The position numbers were made by a program, and so were the translations under genes. The notes below the pieces were generated by a model. It saw nothing but the letters and a program-made list of their open reading frames with translations. It had not been told where the DNA came from and searched no databases. A stretch of 32,000 bases of DNA from Psychrobacter cryohalolentis K5 (GTDB lineage Bacteria > Pseudomonadota > Gammaproteobacteria > Pseudomonadales > Moraxellaceae): the NCBI RefSeq assembly GCF_000013905.1, contig NC_007969.1, positions 1,890,001 to 1,922,000 on the forward strand, read 5' to 3'. Positions 26,898 through 32,000 of this stretch are shown here, piece by piece (position 1 is the first letter of the stretch; every line of letters starts with the position of its first letter).

Positions 26898-28013
26898 ATG
26901 ACAATACATGTTACAACAACAAACACTAAACCTGCCGTTAGCCAATCTAACCTTCGCAAAATCATTCATATCGATATGGATGCTTTTTATGCCAGTGTAG
27001 AACAGCGTGATTTTCCTGAGCTGCGTGGCAAGCCATTGGTGGTTGGCGGCGATCCCAATGGTCGCGGTGTGGTTGCGGCAGCAAGCTATGAAGTTCGTAA
27101 GTTTGGCGTACGCTCCGCGATGTCATGCTATGAAGCCAGAAAGCGCTGTCCTGAGGTGATATTTGTACCGCCGCGCTTTGATGTTTACCGTGCTGTTAGT
27201 GTTGAGATACGTCGTATCATGCACATTCTGACCCCACATGTTGAGCCGTTATCATTAGACGAAGCCTATTTGGATGTTACTGGATTGTCTGTTCATCAAG
27301 GCTCAGCCACATTAATGGCAAATTGGTTACGAGCGCAGATTTTAGGACAAACGGGTCTAAACGCCTCTGCCGGTGTCTCATTTAATAAAATGCTGGCGAA
27401 AATTGCCTCTGATATTAATAAACCTAATGGCACAGCGGTCATCACGCCAGCGGATGCTGATGCCTTTATCAGCGCTTTGCCTATTGAACGCTTCCACGGT
27501 ATTGGTAAAGCAACGGCCAAACGCCTGCATGCAATGGGTGTTAGTAACGGCGCTGACCTTCGGCGTACGCCAGCTGCCATACTAGTCAATGAGTTCGGTA
27601 AGCGTGGACAGTTTTATCATGATATCGCTCATGGACGTGATGAGCGTGCGGTCAAGTCTGAGCGTACACACAAATCAGTGGGCTCTGAGACTACGTTTAG
27701 AGAAAACTTAACGGATGATAATGAACTAAAAATACAAATCTATGAACAAAATGCTGATGCCTTTAGTCAGCTGCACAAAAAACAGCTTATTGCCTATACT
27801 ATTACTCTAAAGGTCAAATACTCAGATTTTACTCAAGTCACGCGCTCGCATACCTTATCGACGGCATTTGATAGCGCAGAATCCGCTCACTTTTGGTTAG
27901 ATAAGCTATTTTTGGACATTCCGCGTACTCTTCCTATTCGATTGGTTGGTGTGACATTTTCTTCGCTCACATCTGCAACGCAAGTCACGCCACAATTAAA
28001 TTTATTTGAATGA
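26898..28013 (+). CDS. dinB: DNA polymerase IV (Y-family)
   Basis: 371-aa ORF with the catalytic motifs IIHIDMDAFYASVEQRD and SLDEAYLDVT, plus the HhH region GIGKATAKRLHAMGV. Confidence 0.93.
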   Translation: MTIHVTTTNTKPAVSQSNLRKIIHIDMDAFYASVEQRDFPELRGKPLVVGGDPNGRGVVAAASYEVRKFGVRSAMSCYEARKRCPEVIFVPPRFDVYRAVSVEIRRIMHILTPHVEPLSLDEAYLDVTGLSVHQGSATLMANWLRAQILGQTGLNASAGVSFNKMLAKIASDINKPNGTAVITPADADAFISALPIERFHGIGKATAKRLHAMGVSNGADLRRTPAAILVNEFGKRGQFYHDIAHGRDERAVKSERTHKSVGSETTFRENLTDDNELKIQIYEQNADAFSQLHKKQLIAYTITLKVKYSDFTQVTRSHTLSTAFDSAESAHFWLDKLFLDIPRTLPIRLVGVTFSSLTSATQVTPQLNLFE

Positions 28014-28189
28014 TTTTTCGCCTGAATTTTTTAGAGAGTTTTCCTAAATAAATATCTCAATTTTTTACTTAGGCTATTTTATTTATATTTAGAGGTAAAT
28101 AAAAAAGTACCACTTAGTAAAACATTCTTTCATATCCTCATTTCTGCTACAATTGCTCTCAAAATTCTCATCTATCGAAAGACTTTCTT

Positions 28190-29407
28190 ATGACTGACTC
28201 TGAACCTCAAACCTTAAATAATAACTCTGAAATTACTGCCAGTCATAATGACGATATTTTAGAGTATCTAAGTGTTGATGATTATGATTATGAGCTGCCA
28301 GACCAGCTGATTGCCCGTTATCCATTGGCACAGCGCTCCGCGTCAAAGCTACTTTACTTGCGCGCTAACAATGCTAATAGTCAGGTTGAAGTTGAAGATA
28401 AGCTGTTTTCTGAGTTGCCAGAATTACTTAATGCAGGCGACTTGATTGTTTTTAACGATACCAAGGTAATGAAAGCGCGCTTATTTGGTCAAAAAGATAC
28501 CGGTGGAAAGATTGAAGTATTAATAGAGCGTTTGGTCGCTCTCTCCGATTTAAATAGCGCGGATCTAGACACAATAACGTCAAACTCTGACATCATAGAC
28601 ATGACGGTTATTGCAGAAAAGCATATCGCTCTTTGTCATGTCAAAGCCAGTAAAGCGTTGAAGCTTGGACAAGGTCTTGTACTTGCTGATGGTCATATGA
28701 CTGGTGTCATGATTGGACGCCAAGAGAACTTATTTATCTTGGCTTTTGATACGCCCATTCTGCCTGATTTAGAGCTATATGGTGAGCTGCCTATTCCACC
28801 CTATTTCGAACGCCATGCTGATGCGACCGACAATACTCGCTATCAGACTGTTTTTCATGATCCTGCTAAGCTTGCCAGCGTCGCTGCCCCGACAGCAAGC
28901 TTACATTTTGACGATATTGTATTAGAAAAGCTGGCGGCAAAAGGTATTCAAACCGCTTTTGTTACACTGCATGTCGGCGCAGGTACTTTTGCTCCGGTAA
29001 AAACAGAGAACCTGCTGAATCATACGATGCATAGCGAATATGCACACCTGCCTCAAGCCACTGCCGACCTTATCAATCAGACCCATGCCAATGGCAAGCA
29101 AGTCATTGCTATCGGGACTACTGTCACACGTGTCCTTGAAACGGCTTACCAACAAACCGCAGTCGATAGACAGCCACTCTCTGGCTGGGCAGGTGATACA
29201 GAGATTTTTATATATCCCGGTTTTGAGTTTGGCGTCGTGGATAAGCTACTGACCAACTTTCACTTGCCAAAGTCTACGTTGCTGATGCTAGTGTCCGCAT
29301 TTGCGACAAAAAAATCTATCGAAGAAGCTTATCAACATGCCATCGAATCCGAGTATCGGTTTTTTAGTTATGGTGATGCCATGCTGCTTGATAAAAAAGT
29401 TGACTGA
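28190..29407 (+). CDS. queA: S-adenosylmethionine:tRNA ribosyltransferase-isomerase
   Basis: 405-aa ORF with QueA motifs YELPDQLIARYP, PTASLHFD, TLHVGAGTF, FHLPKSTLLMLVSAF and YRFFSYGDAML. It is longer than the roughly 350-aa enzymes I recall, because of an N-terminal extension and an internal insert. Confidence 0.92.
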   Translation: MTDSEPQTLNNNSEITASHNDDILEYLSVDDYDYELPDQLIARYPLAQRSASKLLYLRANNANSQVEVEDKLFSELPELLNAGDLIVFNDTKVMKARLFGQKDTGGKIEVLIERLVALSDLNSADLDTITSNSDIIDMTVIAEKHIALCHVKASKALKLGQGLVLADGHMTGVMIGRQENLFILAFDTPILPDLELYGELPIPPYFERHADATDNTRYQTVFHDPAKLASVAAPTASLHFDDIVLEKLAAKGIQTAFVTLHVGAGTFAPVKTENLLNHTMHSEYAHLPQATADLINQTHANGKQVIAIGTTVTRVLETAYQQTAVDRQPLSGWAGDTEIFIYPGFEFGVVDKLLTNFHLPKSTLLMLVSAFATKKSIEEAYQHAIESEYRFFSYGDAMLLDKKVD

Positions 29408-29527
29408 TGTGTGTAAGTATTAAACATGCAATTGAACTATTGGTCACAACAGCAGTGGAATAAACTGGTAAACTAAACAGTATTTTGTTATAACAACACA
29501 GACAACTTTTACTCCAAAGGGCTGCAT

Positions 29528-31333
29528 ATGTCTTGTCATTTATCTTACCGCTTGACTAGCATACATCGCGCAGTATCGATGGCATTGTTTTATTCAATAA
29601 GTTATGCAGCCTTAATATCTAGCGCCCAAGCAGCGACTATCGGCAAAACAGTTGTTATTTCAGCTCAGCACGAACCTTTAGTTGCCAGTATTATGGTCAC
29701 TGATATTGAAAACACTGACTTTTCAGCCAGTTTGGCAAATTCTGCCATTTATCAGCAAATGGGTCTAACCCCAACTGATTCCATGATCGTACGCTTTCAT
29801 CCGACTTCAGCTACAAGTGGTCAAGTTTTTATTACCACCACCAAGCCTATGTCCAAACCCTTTGCCGATGTGGTTCTAGCAATTAATGATGGCAATCAGC
29901 GTAATGTTATCCCAAAAACATTACTGATGCCGCTTAATGATAGCTTGCCGATTGCGACTTCTAAAAATATCGTAACAGGCGCAAAAAAGCCTAATTTACC
30001 CGTGGTTTCTACAACTAACGCGCAGCCATTGACGGTTAGAAATGGTGCACCGCCACCTTTATTATCATCTGGTTCATCGAAACCTACACTAAAGGCTGCA
30101 ACATTACCCGAGCGCAATGTTCAATCGCCTAATATACGAGTACCTGTTATTCAAACGCCAAGTATCCAAGCGTCAAGCTCACAAATACCAAGCGTTCAGG
30201 CAACGACTATACCCTCTGGCTTACCAACAGCAGTTGCAACAACGACACAAAGCAATATCACAACCTATGCGCCTAGCCGTTTAGAAAACGGTCGATTAAA
30301 TAATCCTATTGATATAAAAAACGATAGTGTCATGGCGGTCGCAAATAATGACAATAATACAGCTTTAACCGTCTCATCAAATAGTACGCTTTCTGCTACT
30401 AGCGAGACTGATAAACAGCTCGATATTTTAAACATACAAATTACTCGTCAGATACAGCCGAAGAGTCAAAGCAATACAGATATGATGGTTGCTAGTCCTA
30501 TGGCTCCTAAAACCCTGACGCCGAATGAAGCAGCTTTCACCAATAAAAATAAAGCTATTATTCCAAATGATAGTAATAATATGGTCGCTACAGCCCCACT
30601 CAACAATATTCCCCCTAACTCGAATGCTTGGCAGAAAGCAGTGACGCCTAAAACGTCGGCCGCAGCAAAAAACACTTCAAGGCAAGTATCAGATAATTCA
30701 GCTAGTAGCGAGATCAATTATACCGTGCAGCGTAACGACAACTTGTGGGTGATTGCCCAGCAAATTGCAGAGAAGAACAATATCGACGTTCAAACCGTCA
30801 TGAAAGAAATTCAGACGCAAAATCCTGACGCTTTTATCAATAGAAACGCCAATCAATTAAAAGCAGATGCACAGTTGAGTTTACCTAATTATGATGCGCT
30901 ACCTTCACAGCAAAAACTTGAAGCTGCTATCAGTGCTCAAAGGCAATATAGAGGCGCCAATACACCTGTCGCAAAAAAACCAACTGCATCAAATCCTGTG
31001 TCCAAAGGTGACAATACGCAAGCAACAAAACATACTGAAAAGCCGGCGACCACTAAGACTCAAATTTTACCAAAGGCGCAGTTTTCTGTCCTTGCTCCCG
31101 GTCATGAAGGCAGCGCAGATGGCACTAAAACCAAAGCAGGCATAGCAACGGGTAACGGACTTAGCATGGAAGTGTTAGACCTGCTTAAATCATCAAGACA
31201 AAGTACTGCTTCACAAGCGCAGCAGTTATCAAAAACTAGTGGTACGCTTGAGAGCTATACTCGCAAATTACAATTACAAAATCGAAAACTGGCTGAGCTG
31301 CAAGCTCGTCTCAAAAAATTACGCAATCAATAA
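29528..31333 (+). CDS. fimV: FimV-like protein, periplasmic N-terminal part (signal peptide, FimV N-domain, low-complexity linker, LysM-like motif, coiled coil)
   Basis: A signal-like N-terminus ends in ...ISSAQA. The FimV N-domain-like block is GKTVVISAQHEPLVASIMVTDI...VRFHPTS...ITTTKPMSKPFADVVLAI. The LysM-like motif is YTVQRNDNLWVIAQQIAEKNNIDVQTVMKEIQTQNPDAFI...QLKADAQLSLP. The ORF ends at a single TAA that is in frame with the next ORF. Confidence 0.8.
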   Translation: MSCHLSYRLTSIHRAVSMALFYSISYAALISSAQAATIGKTVVISAQHEPLVASIMVTDIENTDFSASLANSAIYQQMGLTPTDSMIVRFHPTSATSGQVFITTTKPMSKPFADVVLAINDGNQRNVIPKTLLMPLNDSLPIATSKNIVTGAKKPNLPVVSTTNAQPLTVRNGAPPPLLSSGSSKPTLKAATLPERNVQSPNIRVPVIQTPSIQASSSQIPSVQATTIPSGLPTAVATTTQSNITTYAPSRLENGRLNNPIDIKNDSVMAVANNDNNTALTVSSNSTLSATSETDKQLDILNIQITRQIQPKSQSNTDMMVASPMAPKTLTPNEAAFTNKNKAIIPNDSNNMVATAPLNNIPPNSNAWQKAVTPKTSAAAKNTSRQVSDNSASSEINYTVQRNDNLWVIAQQIAEKNNIDVQTVMKEIQTQNPDAFINRNANQLKADAQLSLPNYDALPSQQKLEAAISAQRQYRGANTPVAKKPTASNPVSKGDNTQATKHTEKPATTKTQILPKAQFSVLAPGHEGSADGTKTKAGIATGNGLSMEVLDLLKSSRQSTASQAQQLSKTSGTLESYTRKLQLQNRKLAELQARLKKLRNQ

Positions 31334-31384
31334 CTGCCTAACAGATCAATGCAAGCAGCTCTGATCGTAGGCGTGGGAGTAACT

Positions 31385-32000
31385 ATGGACAATATGCTAT
31401 ATATCATCGCCGGATTGGTGGTTATTTTACTCGTTGCGGTCTTGGTCATGCGCAAAAACAAAGCGCAAAAGCCATCAGAGCATTTGAGTACAAATACTGG
31501 CAAAATTGAGCCCTTATCGAAGCATGCTGCTTCTAGAAGTACGCCTACTCAAACAGCTATCAATCATGAGAAAAAGTTTGATCATATTGAGATTGCTCAA
31601 CGTTTTATGGATCAACAGCGCTATGATAAAGCGATTGAAACGCTCAATCGCGGCTTAAGCGAAAAGCCAAATGATAGCCAATTATCTCTCAAGCTCCTTG
31701 CGGTATATGCCACGATAGATGAGTCTGAGAATTTCAATAAAGTCTATGATGCTATCAAAGCAAATAATGATGACAAAAGTATCGCACAAGCTGATGAGTT
31801 AAAAGCTTTGCTGACTGAAGAACAAAACCAAGTCACTAAACAAACTATGTTAGCAGACAAAAGCGAAGATGCTGGATTTGAAAGTTTAGATTTTGATCTG
31901 CCGACCAATAAAGCGAGCAGCAATAGTCCAATCCTTGATACTAATACGGTTCAAAATGTTGAATACAAAAACGACTTGTCAGAGGCTACTAATGAAACCT
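31385..32000 (+). CDS. FimV-like protein, transmembrane (TM) plus cytoplasmic TPR-like part (partial; runs off the window end)
   Basis: This ORF is not in the supplied track; I translated it by hand. It reads MDNMLYIIAGLVVILLVAVLVMRKNK (TM segment), then IAQRFMDQQRYDKAIETLNRGLSEKPNDSQLSLKLLAVYA (TPR-like), then acidic repeats (FESLDFDLP). A GGGAG SD lies upstream and there is no stop before position 32000. It is in the same frame as 29528..31333. An alternative in-frame ATG lies at 31349. Confidence 0.75.
   Translation, partial: MDNMLYIIAGLVVILLVAVLVMRKNKAQKPSEHLSTNTGKIEPLSKHAASRSTPTQTAINHEKKFDHIEIAQRFMDQQRYDKAIETLNRGLSEKPNDSQLSLKLLAVYATIDESENFNKVYDAIKANNDDKSIAQADELKALLTEEQNQVTKQTMLADKSEDAGFESLDFDLPTNKASSNSPILDTNTVQNVEYKNDLSEATNET

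Noticed and set aside
28014-28189. AT-rich region upstream of queA with partially complementary segments (ttttttacttagg ... cacttagtaaaa), considered as a riboswitch or regulatory hairpin.
   Set aside because: The arms are not truly complementary (TTA against TAA in the core), and no known riboswitch class could be recognised by eye.
1-32000. Scan for mobile elements, defence systems, CRISPR arrays, and tRNA or rRNA genes.
   Set aside because: I found no transposase, integrase or recombinase-like ORF, no regularly spaced direct repeats, no cloverleaf-like or rRNA-like segments, and no nuclease, ATPase or methyltransferase cassettes typical of defence islands. The window looks like core metabolic chromosome.

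Overview
AT-rich chromosomal window that reads like a Moraxellaceae / Psychrobacter-type gammaproteobacterium; this is an impression from protein sequences and Shine-Dalgarno (SD) style, with no search run. All calls rest on motif recognition in the supplied translations and on reading the DNA by eye. I found no transposase, integrase, tRNA, rRNA, CRISPR array or recognisable defence gene.

Gene blocks, in order:
1. A beta-oxidation operon: thiolase, FadB-like bifunctional enzyme, and a family-III CoA-transferase/racemase. A decayed acyl-CoA synthetase remnant follows it.
2. A LysR-controlled redox/electrophile-stress cluster: DoxX, YoaK/DUF1275, pirin and nitroreductase.
3. A minus-strand guanidino-compound module: GbuA-like ureohydrolase, AruI-like thiamine pyrophosphate (TPP) decarboxylase, a YjiH-like membrane protein and a collapsed aldehyde dehydrogenase (ALDH) pseudogene. 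A divergent GbuR-like LysR regulator sits upstream.
4. A large Phe/Tyr catabolic supercluster: NhaC-family transporter, phhB, phhA, hppD, a LysR regulator, tyrB, fahA, a small vicinal-oxygen-chelate (VOC) protein, an IclR regulator and maiA.
5. An orphan small gene with a ~540 bp ORF-free AT-rich spacer, then dinB, queA and a FimV-like gene interrupted by one in-frame TAA.

Most interesting observation: every step from phenylalanine to fumarate plus acetoacetate is encoded except homogentisate 1,2-dioxygenase. Where hmgA normally sits there is instead a 191-aa one-domain VOC/extradiol-dioxygenase-like gene. I propose it as a candidate non-orthologous homogentisate ring-cleavage enzyme. This is a hypothesis and needs testing.

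Secondary observations: the ALDH gene remnant breaks the predicted 2-ketoarginine to GABA route, FimV is split, and several intergenic repeats and hairpins are unexplained.
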